Source: Cyanophora paradoxa CCMP329
Taxonomy: Eukaryota; Plantae; Glaucophyta
Reading direction: 5' to 3'
Length of the DNA: 64,000 nucleotides
Assembly (NCBI GenBank): GCA_004431415.1
Contig: QPMI01000039.1
Coordinates: forward strand, 624,277-688,276
The notes beneath the pieces were generated by a model. The model saw only the letters and a program-made list of their open reading frames with translations. It was not told the DNA's origin and searched no databases. Both the position numbers and the translations under genes were made by a program. Below, one piece after another: positions 45,637 through 59,151 of the stretch; within the stretch, counting starts at the first letter, position 1; each line of letters opens with the position of its first letter.

Positions 45637-47905
45637 ATGGCGGCCAGCTTCGCGACGTGCTTCGCGGCCTGCACGCCTCCGTGCCGCTCCGGTAGCTTGG
45701 CGGCATCTGCCTGGCTACCTCCGCGCGCGGAGCTCGCCGTCCAGCCGGCGCGACGGATTCTAGGCGCTCGGTCAGTGTGGGCTGGCTCGCCGGTGACCGC
45801 TCGGGCCTTCGTCGGCAGGAGACGCGTCTGTCGCTTGCGCTGGCAACAAGCCGGAGCGGCGCCCCCGCCGCCCGCACTCGCACCCGTCCGAGCCGCTAGA
45901 ACCGACGGCGATGAGACGAGCGCCGACGGAGAGGCGGGGCACCTTAAGACGCAGCAGCCGCGTGCGGAGCCCGCAGACGTTCCGGAGGACATGGAGTACG
46001 ATCCGGCGTCGGTCGCGGCCGCCCAGAAGCTCGCGTCGACGTACTCGGTGCGCTTCGCCCGCGTGCCTGCCGCCACGCCCCCGGCGTCGAGCGCGGCCGC
46101 AGGTGTATCCGAAGCTCTCCGAAGAAGTCGCGAGCATGCTGAAGACCGGCCTGGGATTCTCGGACGAGGACTGCGAGACGGTGGTGCAGCTGTGCCCTCG
46201 CCTCGCGTGGGTGCCCCCCTGGCGGGTGCGCGGCGGCCCTGCGCATGCAGCCCCGCGCGAGCACGCCCGAGCAGCGCTCGCAGGTGGCAGAGGTGCTGGA
46301 CCTGCTCTCCGTCGCCGGCTTCTCGAGCCGGCGCTCGCTGAAGCACACCGTGCTGCGCGGGCCCGAGGTCCTCGCCCGCAGCCTCGACGAGCTCCACTTC
46401 ATCTGCGCCCTCGTCCAGGCCAGCCGCCCCCGCGCGCCGCCCGCAGCGAAGCGATCCTCGCCTGATTCGATCCGGCGCAGGGCCTCGGGGCGCGCACCGA
46501 GGCCGAGTTCCACCGCATATGGCGCACCAACCCGGGCCTCCTCACCCTCAACTACGAGGTAGCCCCCTCCTATCGATATCCCCGCGCTCCCGCCCGCCCG
46601 GCCGCCGCCTCCGCCGCTGCCGCCGCCGCCGACGCGCGCCGCCGCAGTCGCAGGTGCGACCCGTCCTCGAGATCCTGCTCACGCTCGGCGTCGACCTCAA
46701 GCACATGCTCGGTACCCCCCTGTCGCCCGTCCTCCTCTTTGTATCGCCGTACCCCCCCGAGCCGCCCCGCAGGCTCGGCGCGGGTGCTGAACCACGGCCT
46801 CGATTTCCTCCAGTGGAAGATCGAGCACCTGCGGGACCTCGGGATCGACGGCCTCCTCCTGACCCGAACCCTCAACCGCTGCCCCCAGGCCGTCGAGTAC
46901 TGGTCCGCCCCGTATCCCCCGCCTCCTTCTCCCCCCTTCAGAAAAAGACGAGCGAAAAAAAGGTACACGGCGGGCCCGATGGTCGCGTACCTCCGCGAGC
47001 TCGGCTGTGTCGAGGAGGACGTCATCCAGATCGTTTACAAGGTGCCCCAGTACCCCCATCCCTCCCCGCGCGAGCCAGGTACCCCCGCTCAGCAACCCCC
47101 CCCCCCCTCCCGCGCAGTACCCCCGGATCGTGATGCTGAGCACGCGGAGCGTGACGCCCAAGGTGGCGTTCCTGCAGGGGCTGGGCCTCCGCGGGGACGC
47201 CCTGGTCCGGACCCTCCGCCGCTGGCCCCAGATCCTCTCGTGCAGCCTGGAGGGCAAGATCGTGCCGGCGCTGCGGGCGCTCCAGGCGGCGGGGCTGGCC
47301 CGCGCCGACCTGCTCGCGGTCATCCGCCAGAAGCCGGCGCTGCTGGGGCTCTCGGTCGAGCGCCGCCTCGCGCCCCGCATCGAGGCCCTCAGGCGCGCCG
47401 GGTTCGAGGGCCCCCTCCTCACCCGCGTCCTCAAGAGCGCCCCCGGCATCCTCGAGCGGCGCCTCGAGGAGACGCTGCCCGCCAAGCTCGCGTTCCTCCT
47501 CGAGCGGGGGTACACCCTCTCCGACGTCGCGGCGATGCCGGTCGCCCTGACGACGAGCCTCGAGCGCCGCGTCCGGCCCCGCCTCCTCTTCCTCGAGGCC
47601 CGCGGCATCCGCCGCGGACTCTCCCAGGCCCGCACTCTCCCGCGTACCCCCTCCCCGCTCCCCGTTCCCCCGGAGCGAACGTACCCTCGCAGGTGGTGCC
47701 CCCCACGGACGCCGGGTTCGCGGAGCGCGTGGCCCGCGTACCTCTCCACGAGTATGCCGCCTTCGTGCAGGGCCTTCCCCCCCTCCAACCGCCGGCCCCC
47801 CGGGCCCGCATGCGCAGAGGCTCGGCGGCCAGCAATGATGTAGACCCGGACGCTCCCCTGCTGCACGCCCGGGGCCCCGACCCCCTCCCCCTTGAGCTCC
47901 ACTGA
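45637..47905 (+). CDS. mTERF family protein with organellar (probably plastid) transit peptide
   Basis: mTERF repeats PKVAFLQGLGL...RRWPQILSCSLEGKIVP, QKPALLGLSVERRLAPRI, TTSLERRVRPRLLFL; Ala/Ser/Arg-rich N-terminus MAASFATCFAA. Confidence 0.88.
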
Positions 47906-48456
47906 AGCTTCAAAGAAAAGATCAAATTCGAAACTCCAATCTCACCACAACAGGACTCGCGCATAGCTACAGACTGCTCGCGCATATACATTTACTGCAA
48001 GCGATATACCAAATAACATGAAATTCTGGACTATTAAAAGGACGGCTCTATAAGTCGGTACAAGCAGCGGACTTGGCCCGACGACAACATAAACGAAGAG
48101 ATGTACTCCAGAGGCCTAGCGATCCATAGAAAAAGAGGACACGAACTAATAGACATCAAGAGGCGACACATAGAGAACATCTCAGAGGAATCTCACCAAA
48201 GCAGCTATGGTTTGCTGCCACTGTATGTACACTGCGGGTGTTGAAAGAGACCCACGAAAATAGATGAAACAGACGCAGGCTAAACGCCTATCTGTGTACG
48301 TAGTACGTAGTACGTAGATGCACGCAACAGGAAATCGGGGCGGCCGCCGCCCCGATCGGAGCTTCCAGGCGCCGGGAAGAGGGTACAACAGTGCCGGCGC
48401 CTGAGCCCCGGGGGGCCGCGGCGGTGCCGCCCGCTGCAACGGGCTAAAGAAAAGGC

Positions 48457-49733
48457 TCATACGGGGCCGAAGGGGGAGGGGCGGCGGCCGGGGCCGCCGA
48501 CGCCGTCGAAGCGGCCCTCGGAGCTGGTGCGCTGGAGCTCGAAGTGGCCGAGGCCGAACTTGCCGCCGCGGGAGAGGGCCGAGCACGGGCTCGAGAGGGC
48601 CGAGGTCAGGCCCCGCGTGCACGCCGACGAGGCCCCGCTCGAGCCCAGCTGCCCCAGATCGCCCGACGAGCCGAACTGCGCCGCCCCAAAGCGCCCCTGG
48701 CCGTTCTCGCTGAGCCGCCGGCGCAGGACCGTGATCACGTCTGCGGGCGGGCGGGCTCAGCGCGCGCGCGCGCGCGCGCGCCGGGCGGGCGGGAGGGCGC
48801 AGCGCAGCGGACCGTCGCGCTCGGCAAGCTGGTCGGCAAGGCTCTTGTTCTCGGCCTCGAGGCGCTTAAGCTGCGCGCGCCGGGCGTCGGATGCGGGCGC
48901 AGGCGGCGCGGTCGCTATCAAACTAAAAGAACGCATGCGGCAAGGCGCCGGTTCTATCGGAAGCGGCGGGGCGGGGGCGGGCGGACCTTGTCGGAGCGGG
49001 AGCTGCGGGTGCGCATGCTCTCGAGGCGCTCGAGGGCGCCGAAGAGCTCCTGCTTCACCTTGCAGATCACCTGGGTGAAGCGGCCGCTGCCGCCCTCCTC
49101 GTTCACGCTTGTGACCGAGCGGACCGAGCCGTCGCACACGGGCTCGCCATCGAAGCCGCTCGCGCCCGGCCCGCGCTCCGACTCGTTCTCCGCCGGCTGG
49201 TGCTCCTCATTGCGGTCGAACCGGTCGAGGAAGTTGTAGATCTCGTACTCGGCCGACTTCGGCGTCGGCAGATCGAGGGCAGAGAGCCGCTGCGCGGCGC
49301 GCGGGATAAGTCGGCGCGCCTTCGCTGAGCAGGGGCGAGCTGTTAGAAGATTAGGTGAACGGACCTTCTTTGAGGTCTGCCCGCAGTTCCCGAGGCACCG
49401 CGAAGCCGACGAAACGCGCGAGAGACGGGCGGGCGAGAAGTCGGAGGTCAGCGGGACATTGCGGTCGCTGGAGCTGTTCGATGGAGACGGGTTGATCGCA
49501 GCTCTCTCGAGTTCAGCAACGCGAGCTCTCAAGTCCTGGTTCTCCCGCTCCATGATGGAGAGCCGGCGCCGGTGGTCCTCCTCGGCCGACTGGGCCTGGA
49601 ACTCCAGCGTTCTAATCTCCGCGTCTTTCGCGACAATTTTGTTTTCGGCTTCCTCCAGCGCCGCCTGCAGCTGCGCAACGGACTCCTTCTTCCGTTCGAG
49701 GTCTGCGGCACGCATGGGTGGTAAGTTCGCCAT
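48457..49733 (-). CDS. Coiled-coil protein, hypothetical
   Basis: LERKKESVAQLQAALEEAENKIVAKDAEIRTLEFQ..., VKQELFGALERLESMR, LKRLEAENKSLADQLAERD with typical introns. Confidence 0.6.
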
Positions 49734-51144
49734 CGAGTGCATCGTGGGCTCGGCGACCAGCGCACCATCCGAAAGAGACTTGACATGCTCCCTGCAAGAT
49801 CGAACAAAGTTAGTGAATCAAGGGACTGCGGGGCGGGTGCTGGTTGGGTTTGTCACCAGACGGAGGATGGGGTCGAGCCGGCGACTAGCAGCCCACCAGC
49901 AGACGACGACGCCGATGACGAAGCACTATCGGGGGCACGATCCTCCTCCTTGGGAGCGGACTGGGGGGGAAGGACCAACCCAACCATCTGCAAGCGCGGA
50001 AGGACAGGTCAGGGCCACAGAAAAAGTCGAAGGAGCAGGAGACAGGCGTTGAAAGGGTCGCTTTGAAGAGCGAGGGGGGAAGCAACGAAGGCCCTTATGG
50101 CGCAATTTGAGGGAGGGCGTCACGGACCGCGAGGCTGAGGGCCGACATCTTCCTCGGTGCCTCGGGCGAGAGCTTCGGCGATGGACGAGCAACGCCATCC
50201 GCTGCAACGAGAACGATGCGCGGGCTGTTGCGGCCGGAATGAGCCCCGCTGCTGTCAATTCCCTTGTGCGCTGGACGCGCTGGACTGACAGCCCTGGGCG
50301 CTTCTACTGCCCCAGCGGCTTGCATTGACTCGGCGAGATGGGGCGCCAGGTTGTCGCTGGAGGCACCGGTGGCGGTGCTGGGGGCGGGCCCGAATTGATA
50401 CCCAACAAGATCGGGCTCCGCGGCCCCTCTGAAGAGTAACAGGCGATTTGCTGGCGCTACTCCCGCGTTCGGGCGGTGGTGCGCGCAGCCGGCAGAGAGT
50501 GCGCAAGCTCTCTTTTTTTGTTCTGATTGTACCCGGCGGGGTGGTCAGTACCCCCTAGCCCCGCGCGCCGCGCTAGCGCTGGCGTTACGGGGCAGCTGCT
50601 CTGAGGTCGAAGGAGTTGGGCCGATGATTTCGATGAATCGTGACCCGCGCTGTGCGAGTCGCAGCGAACCGATCGAATGTGAGCGCCCCGTCAAGTGGCG
50701 CTCCAGCTTCTCGGCGTCAATCTATACCGCTCCAATGACCTGCGATACTGATGCCTCTGCCCGCAGGCTACCGGAACGTCGCGCACAGCGAACCACCGAC
50801 CAGATCAGCATTCGGCGCGGACGCGGATGGCGAAGCAGCTTCGATCAGTAGCAGCTGCAGGCAATCATGCCTTTTCCTCCCCGACTGGTTGCCCACTGCC
50901 CCTCCTCTTGATGTACGCGTGCGATGCCGCGTAGACCATGCGCCAGGTCCCAAGAACTGAGCCTAGTAAGCAGAGCTCGACCGCACATATCGCCGGCGCG
51001 CGGAAGGCTTGGCTTCGGCGGCAGCTTCGTGCGAGCCGGGCACTTTTCCGGCGCACGCGTCGATGCCCACTGTCTTGCGCACGTAAGCTGCTCGGGTTCT
51101 TTTTCATCCTCCACGCGCGCGCTCACGCGCCGGCATTTTGAGCG

Positions 51145-54100
51145 TTGACGGCGGAACGCACAGGCCCGCGTAGAAGCGCCGCGCCGAGGCCGGAGGCCGC
51201 CGCTAGCGCGGGCTCGCCGGCCCCGGCCAGCTGCAGCGGAGCGGGCGGCGGAGCCCTGTCGAGCGGCGGCGGCGGCGGTGGGCGCTGGCCGGGAGAGGGG
51301 GCCAACGGACAGAGAGGCTGCAGCGGGGGCGGTGCGGGAGCTCCCGACGGCTCTGGCGCTCCCGTCGGGGGCGGAGGGGGCGGCAGCGGTGTCGGCGGGG
51401 GCGGGGGCAGGGGCGGGGGCGGCGGAGGGGGCGGCGGCGGAGGCGCGGGCGGAGGGGACGGAGGCGAGCAGGAGGACGACGTCGACGAGGACGAGGACGA
51501 GAGCGGGGAGGACGAGGAGGAGGAGGGTGGGGAGGGGGGCGGGGCGGGGCGGGCCCCGTGGCCGGATTCGGACAACCGGCTCTGCGGCGGGAGGCTGTTC
51601 CAGGGCGTGACGAAGCTGGCCGGCCGGCGGCAGTCGGAGAGGTGCCTCTACCGGGTACGCGCGCTGAGCCCCGCTGCGCCGCGGCGGGCGTCCGCGCGCC
51701 CTCTAACCGCCGGCGAGCGCCGCGCGCAGGTCGCCTGCAAGTTCGTTCGTTCGCGTACCCGTCCAAGCTCGACCTCGAGCTCAAGTCCGCTGCTGAGCGG
51801 GCGCGCGCCCCCGGCAGGTACGGCCAGGCGGCGGTGCAGACCTCGCGGGAGCCCGCCTTCGCCTTCGCGTCGAAGCGCGCCGCCGCCCGCTTCCACGACC
51901 GCGCCCTCCTCGTCCTCCGAGGCCCCGCCTGGGCGGCCCAGCCGCCCGTGCGGAAGGGCATCGCGCCGCGCATCAACTTCCAGGCGGAGATCGAGGGGTA
52001 CATGCGGGAGCCGCTGCTCCAGCGGGAGGCGCTGATGGCCTCCGGGGTACCGTGCTTCCTGAACGGCCTAAACGGCGCCGGCGAGCGCGACACGGCGGCC
52101 CTCAATGCCGCCATCAAGGTGGGTACATGTCGCCCCGCCCGCCTGCTTCCCTTCATTGCTTCCCTTCGCCTGACAGGGGCACAGGCGGCGATGCAGTACG
52201 TGTACGAGCGGACGCGGGGCGAGGGTGGCGTACCCCCGCCCTTCCCCACGGAAGAGGAGGTCAAGGCGGCGAGGGCCGCGGCGGCGGGGGCGGGGGCTGA
52301 GGGGGGGCACGGGGCGGTGGAGGAGGCGGCCGGCAGCAGCAGCAGCAGCGGAGAGGAGGAGGAGGAGGAGGGGGAGGGGGGCGAGGAGGGGGGGGAGGAG
52401 GAGGTGCCCCCGCCGTGCTCGCGGCTCACCCTTCAGCGCGCCGGCGTCGGCCAGGGGAGCGGGCGGTACCACGCCCTGGTGCGCCCCCCTCGCACGGCGC
52501 CAGGGCCCACGGGCGCGCGCTGCTCTCCGACGGAGCGCGGCCGGCGCGCAGTTCTACGTAGGGGCCCTCAACCTCTCCACGAGCCTCTCGCGGGCCTGCG
52601 GCTTCGCGACGAAGACGCGCGCGGCCGACTTCCGCGGGCGCGTCCTCCTCGTGCTTCTCGGGCAGGTCGGCGCGCTCCTCGCCGGCGTACCCCCGCACTT
52701 CGTCACCGCCTACGTCAATGAGGACCGCCCCTTCCGCTTCTGGGCGGGGCTCCCCGAGGCCGCCGCGGGGCCGCCGCCGCTGCGCTGCCACCTGAACTTC
52801 GACTTCGCGGCGCTCGCGGCGCGGGCCGGGGACCCCGGGGCCAAGGCGGAGGCCAGGGGCGCCCTCGAGGTCCGCCCTCGAGCTCCCGTTCGTTTTGCGG
52901 CGGTCGCCGAGGCGCCCCGCGCAGGACGCGGCCCGCTACGTCGTCAGGAAGAGCGGCGGTCGGTTCCGGTACCCCTTCGAGCGCGCGGACGCGGCGCCGG
53001 TGAGCGCGGCACGCACGCGCCGGCAGCGGCGCGGCCCGGCGCGGCGCGGCGCTCGCCTCGCCTCGCCAGCGATCGGAGCCGCGCACGCAGGGCGGGAACG
53101 TCTACTCGTTCGAAAGCGGCTCCGGGAGCCGATGGACCTTCGAGCTCATGCGCATCCGTCCGCCCCACCACGCTGGCGGGGACTGGTCCTCCCGCGAGGC
53201 TGCCCAGCGCGCCAGGGACCGCCTCGCGTGCGCCCCGCCCCGCCCCGCCCCGCCCGCCCCCCTCTCCTCAATCCCCCCTCCCTAGCCTGGCGCTGTACGG
53301 GGAGACCAACGGCCGGCGCTTCATGAGGCACCCGGCCTCGGACTACACCGGCGAGGCCTGGTACGAGGAGCTCACGGGCCTGCCTGAGGAGCAGGCGGTC
53401 GGGTTCCGCCACAGCGCCTTGGCCGGCCTCGCCCCGACCAGCAAGCTGCGCGGCAACCCCGACACGGTCCGTCCGCGCGGGGCCGGGCGGGGGCGGGCCA
53501 GTAGCCAGCCAGCCGAATCTGATCCGAGGCCCGGCAGCTGCTGGCGCTGCTCTTCGTGACGTACGCGAAGCTGCTGGTGAGGCACAACGAGCCGGCGGGC
53601 GGGGGCGAGCCGCTCTTCTGGCCCCGCGGTGCGAGGGCGGCCGAGGTGATATGCGACATGGAGACGTATGTGGGGGGGTACCTCGAGCCGTCCGCCCCGC
53701 GCGAGCAGACGCGCGCCCTCGCCGCGGTCATCCGCGAGGCCACGGAAAGGGCGGAGGCCGCCGCCGCGACTGCGCCGGGCACGCCCGGCCCGTCCACGAC
53801 CAGCCGCGCCGACACCCCGGGCGCCGCTGCCGCCGGCCCTCCTGCGGGGCCAAGCGGGCGGGGCGTCTCCCTCCCCGTCGGTGCGCGGGCCCGCGCTCGC
53901 ACGCGCGGGCGCGAGCGCCGGCGCCGATCACGAGGGCGGCGGGGCGCCTGGGGGCGCAGGGAGCGGGAGCGACGGGGCCCGCAAGCGCCGCCGGATCGAC
54001 CTGGACGAAGAGGAGCCGCCCGAGCTGGCGGCCGCGGCGAGGGCGCCGCCGCCGCCGCCGCCGCAGAGGGCGCCCCGGCTCCCCGCGAAGGCGGCCCGCA

Positions 54101-55046
54101 GCTGCGGCGTCCTTCTCGGCCTCTTCCTCGAACCCTCAGGCGCGTCTCTGCTGCGAGAGGCCGCGGCCGCCCCTCTGACCGCGGCGCGCTCGTGTCGCAG
54201 GGCCCCGTGGCCTCGCTCCGCCCACGCCGGCCGCCCCGAGCGCGATGGCTCCGGGACGCCGTTGGGCTCCTCGGCCGCGCCTCCGCCCGGCAGCTCCGCG
54301 GCGGCCGGCGCAGCGCCGTCGCCGTCGCCGTCGCCGGCGCTCCGGGGCCGCCGGCGCGTCCGCGTGCGGCGGGCGCCGTGGGTCGGGGGCGCGCAGGAGG
54401 CCGGGGCCGGGCCGGCTGCGGGCTCTCCGTGCCGGGAGCCTTCCGGAGCTGCAGGCCGAGGCCGCCCGCGCCCTGGGCCTCGCCTGCGACCCGCCGAAGT
54501 CGAGGTCTGGTCCGCGGTCCGTGCCCGCCCGTCCCCGTGGCGAGCGGCTGCGGGCGCCACCGACCGGGCGGGCGGGGCTGGCTGCCCGGCCGGCGGCGCG
54601 CAGCGGACGCTGGACGGGGTGAGCGACGTGGCGGAGGTCGAGCAGGGGGCGACCTACTACGTCCTCGCGGAGGAGGACCGCCTCGCCGCCCCCGCCGCCT
54701 GCCCCGACGTCCCCGAGGCCAGCCGCCGCGTCCAGGAGAGCCCCCGCCCCCGCTCTGCCGCCGCCCGCCCGGCCCGGCGGCCTCTCACTGGGCGGGGCGG
54801 CGTGGGCGCGCAGCTCAGGAGGAGGCCGCAGGCCCCAGAGTTCCGGGGGGTGGACGGGGAAGGGGCGTCGCTGCGATCGAGGAGGGGGTTCGACCTCAGC
54901 GGAGGCCCCGACGCCGTCCTCGCGCGCGCCTCCGAGCACTTCGGCTGCGAAATCGTCGCCCTGTGGACCGTGCGCGCGCGCCCCCTAGCCCTGGCCCCCT
55001 CGCCCGGCTGATCAGGGTCGACGTCCCCGCGGCATGCGCAGATTGA
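51145..55046 (+). CDS. Protein with two divergent AP2/ERF-like domains and Gly/acidic tracts (5' end uncertain, may extend to ~50100)
   Basis: FQGVTKL...YR...FASKRAAARFHDRALLVLRG...RINF and GVGQGSGRYHAL/FYVG...FATKTRAADFRGRVLLVLLG...HLNF resemble the AP2 pattern (YRGV..W.A....F.T.EEAARAYD.AA..LRG..LNF). Confidence 0.5.
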
Positions 55047-55703
55047 GCTCGACTCGGTGGGTCCAGGAGGACTGGCGCACGGCGGCGCGTACTACGCCGT
55101 GACCCAGCAGGAGCTGCTGGGAGTTGTGTGACCGCGCCGCGAGCGACGTCGACGCCGCCGCAGCGCCGGCGCCGGCGCCGGCGCCGCGGCTGCATCATCG
55201 AGCATCCTACATACGCGCACATGCACATGGCGAGTCATTTGGCGAACATCATGCATCGATTATGATCATGAGGAGCGGCCTGGCTGCGGCCACCGCCCGC
55301 CAGGCTCTCATGATCAGCTGCAGGCTGCATGCGCAGCCTCGGAGCGCTGTCGAAGCTCATATGATCATGAGCAACTCCGATCGCCGAGCGCGTCGTACCC
55401 TCCGACGTGAACTCTGCAAGACTACTAGTAGTCACTGAGTACCGGCGCGGTGTTACCGGTCCGTTAAAATAAGGTTTATACGGTGTACGTGGGGCCTGAT
55501 CATGATCATGAAAAGCTCCGGCGCCGGCCCATCACTGGGCTGTCCAATCAGTGATAAATGCCGTGGCCGGTGCACCGTGCACCTACGCAAGTGATTCAGA
55601 AAATTACGTCACAACCGTCGCAAACGCAATTGAAAAAGCCATGGAAAGCACAAAATCACACTTGATAATGACTCACTGATCAGTGAATTCGAACTAGAGT
55701 ACT

Positions 55704-58700
55704 CACAGCTCGCGAAAAAAAGTCGGTCCCCACAACTCGGTTTGTATGACAGGGGGGAGGGGCAAGTCGACTTGGAAAATCCCTACGCCAGTCAATTAAA
55801 CCTTTTCATATATATGGCATATATATGCATTCGTATAGAGCTTATTTCTTTCTATCAGTAGTTTTAACGAGATCGAGGAGAAATGCCGGTCGCTGGCAGA
55901 GAGGAGAAGTTCAACACACAGCAGGATGCGTCCGGGCGTACTGTTCTGCCGCAGAGCGGTCCCGGATAACGCCCTGCGCCCGGGCCCGTTGCGCGCCTGT
56001 CGCTGACAAACACGCAGGCTGACACTCCCGTAGTAGCCACTGCATGCACCTGTAGTAGCCACCATGCGGCTCTAGATCTGCGGTCCGCGCGTCCGAGCCG
56101 GGGCCGACGCGTGGCGGCGTGTCTCGGTGCTCGAGCAGGGCGCGACGGACACGGGCAACGCCGGGGCGCTGCGGACGACTGTGCGCAGGCCTGCGGCTTC
56201 GGGCGCGACGGGACGAGCCCTGGCGGGCGGCGTAGGCCGGGCCGACGCGCGGCGGCGGGTCTCGGTGCACGTGCGCGAGCAGGGGCCGCGGGCGACGCCG
56301 GGGCGCAGCTGACGCCGGGGCACAGGCCTGCGGCTTCGGGAGCGGCGGGGCGGGCCACAGCGGGCGGCGGAGGCCAGGCCGACGCGCGGCGGCGGGTCTC
56401 GGTGCGCGAGCAGGGGCCGCGGGCGACGCCGGGGCGCAGCTGACGACGGGGCGCAGGCCTGCGGCTTCGGGGGCGGCGGGCGGGCCCCGGCGGGCGGCGG
56501 AGGCCAGGCCGACGCGCGGCGGCGGGTCTCGGTGCGCGAGCAGGGGCCGCGGGCGACGCCGGGGCGCTGCGGACGACGGGGCGCAGGCCTGTGGCTTCGG
56601 GGGCGGCGGGGCGGGCCCGGCGGGCGGCGGAGGCCAGGCCGACGCGCGGCGGCGGGTCTCGGGGCGCGAGCAGGGGCCGCGGGCGGCGCCGGGGCGCTGC
56701 GGACGACGGGGCGCAGGCCTGCGGCTTCGGGGCGGCGGGGCGGGCCCTGGCGGGCGGCGGAGGCCAGGCCGACGCGCGGCGGCGGGTCTCGGTGCGCGAG
56801 CAGGGGCCGCGGGCGACGCCGGGGCGCTGCGGACGACGGGGCGCAGGCCTGCGGCTTCGGGGGCGGCGGGGCGGGCCCCGGCGGGCGGCGGAGGCCAGGC
56901 CGACGCGCGGCGGCGGTCTCGGGGCGCGAGCAGGGGCCGCGGGCGACGCCGGGGCGCTGCGGACGACAGGGCGCAGGCCTGCGGCTTCGGGGCGGCGGGG
57001 CGGGCTCCGGCGGGCGGCGGAGGCCAGGCCGACGCGCGGCGGCGGGTCTCGGGGCGCGAGCAGGGGCCGCGGCGGCGCCGGGGCGCTGCGGACGACGGGG
57101 CGCAGGCCTGCGGCTTCGGGGCGGCGGGGCGGGCCCTGGCGGGCGGCAGAGGCCAGGCCGATGCGCGGCGGCGGGTCTCGGTGCGCGAGCAGGGGCCGCG
57201 GGCGGCGCCGGGGCGCCTTCTTCTCAGGGCCTCTCCGTCCCGCCTGCTCTCTCTGTTCAACGCTCCGACGGTAGAGCGCCAGTAGCTCGCCAGCGTTCTG
57301 AGATCTTGATAGTGAGTTCGTAATTCTCGAGAAACCCGCCGGCGCCCCGCCTGCGCCGTCTGGGCCGGCGAGCGCTTTGTTAAGCATGTATGAAGCTGTT
57401 AATGCATCTAAATGATGTATATCTCGCGTCCCAGGCGCTAGATGCGACCGGGCGGGCGAGAATCGTCCTGGGGCCAGGTGGGGCCGCAGATTGCAGCGGA
57501 TCTTGAATGCCGGTCCAGGCTTTAATCGGCGGCCTTCGGTACCACCACCACCGTCTTCAGCACCCTCGAAAACCCCCGGGGGCGTGAAATCGCCACTACT
57601 GAGTGAGTCGATGCTTCAATAAGGCATCATGAGCAGGTCGGGGTGGCATCTTGAAACTTAAAAACTGAAAAGTTCCAGAGAGGGTCCTACGAGTAAAGCT
57701 CGAAACACCGGTGAGGCCCAAAAACACTTCGGATCACCCTGTATCTTGGAGCAGTGATATAACTACATGTGATAATGATTGTGGCTCAAAGAGCGGGCCG
57801 CTGGGGCCAGCCCGTCGCCCAGAAACTCACTAGCTCTCACTAGCTCACTGACTGTGATCAAGCGATCTCCGCTAAGGATGCACCCCTCCGGGCCGCGATG
57901 CATACGCACATGCTCTATCAAGGTGTGCATCGATCTGCGCTAGCGGCGATCCAGCGAACCCTTGCCGTGTGGAGCGAAATCAAATCGCGCAGGTGCACCC
58001 ACCCCAAGCCTTCTGGAGAAGCAGGCGATCTCCGCTGCGGAAGCAGGCGAAGCAGGCGGGGCCGCGCTCCAGCTGCGCATGCTCTTTTAAATTGTGCATC
58101 GATCTGCGTTAGCGTCGGCCCGGCAGCCCTCGCAGTAAGCAGCGAAATCGAATCTGCCAGGTGCCACCCCCCCACTGGAGCAGGTGCCGCTGGCGGCGGG
58201 GGTGCGTGCCGCCGCCCGCACGAATGCTCTGCGCGTGCTCTAGATGTCCCTCATGGCCCTAGACATCTCAGCCCGCACCGCCCCGCCGTCGCAGCCATGC
58301 CATCTGGAACCGCATGACATGCTTGATTGCACACGAGCGCGCATCTGCCTGAGGCGCGGCAGGACACGAAGCCGAGCCAGAGCGGAGCCCACGGCATTCG
58401 AGCGAGCGGTGCGCGACCTTGGAGGCGGCGAAAGATGTCTCCACGCCTCGGGGCCTGCGAGAGGCGGATCCGGATCCGATTAGGGCGGAGCTCGCGGGCG
58501 CGGCGGCGTGATGCTTCGCCACGCACCTATTCGTGATGTATAGCTTAGCTATGAGCGATCCGGCGCCATCTTGGCGAACCGGCTCTTGAGCTCGTCCGGC
58601 CGCGGGCTGCGGTCAATAGTCAGCGCGCGCGGTTGGGGGGCTAGCCCAGATGCGAGAACGATCACACCTAGCGCATTAGAAGCTTGTTCTGAGACGAATT

Positions 58701-59151
58701 GGAGCTTCTAGAGGTCGCCCGCGCTCGGTCCCGGACACCTTCTCCGATGGGGGGCCCTGCACGAACTTGTCAGTCTTTCAGCGACGCTGCCAGATTTCGG
58801 GCTGCCATCAAGCACAGAGATAGCTCGCTTGAATGTCTAAACTTTGGCGGAAGCGCTTTGGAAATCGTCGGGCTCGTTTTCGCGCACGCTTTCCTTGAAG
58901 GCGATCGTAGGGCTACTTTTCGTCGCGGCAGTGCCCGAAAGCACCCGTTCCTGCTCCATATGCGACCAGGAGGCTAGCTGCGGCGCTCTCTGCTGCGCGC
59001 GGGAGCTGCCGCGCGTGCTGGTCGCGCGCTTCGCCGAGTCGAGTACGTCTACCCCGGGTGTTTAAACTTTTGTAGGCCAGAATTATTCGAGTCCCAAGTC
59101 GAGTCCCAGCCAAGTCGAATTGCGGGGACCGACTTTTTTTCGCGAGCAGTG
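55704..59151. mobile_element. Non-autonomous CACTA/CMC-like DNA transposon
   Basis: Terminal inverted repeats CAC(A/T)GCTCGCGAAAAAAAGTCGGTCCCC(A/G)CAA at 55704 and ending at 59151; subterminal CAAGTCGA/TCGACTTG motifs at both ends; TSD not clean; no intact transposase. Confidence 0.75.
56095..57217. repeat. GC-rich minisatellite, ~8.5 x 129-131 bp, inside the CACTA-like element
   Basis: ggccaggccga(c/t)gcgcggcggcg recurs at about 56372, 56502, 56632, 56762, 56893, 57022 and 57151. Confidence 0.92.

Noticed and set aside
55864-57387. 507-aa repeat protein
   Set aside because: Unit lengths of 129-131 bp shift frame from unit to unit, and several frames on both strands are open, so it behaves as a non-coding minisatellite.
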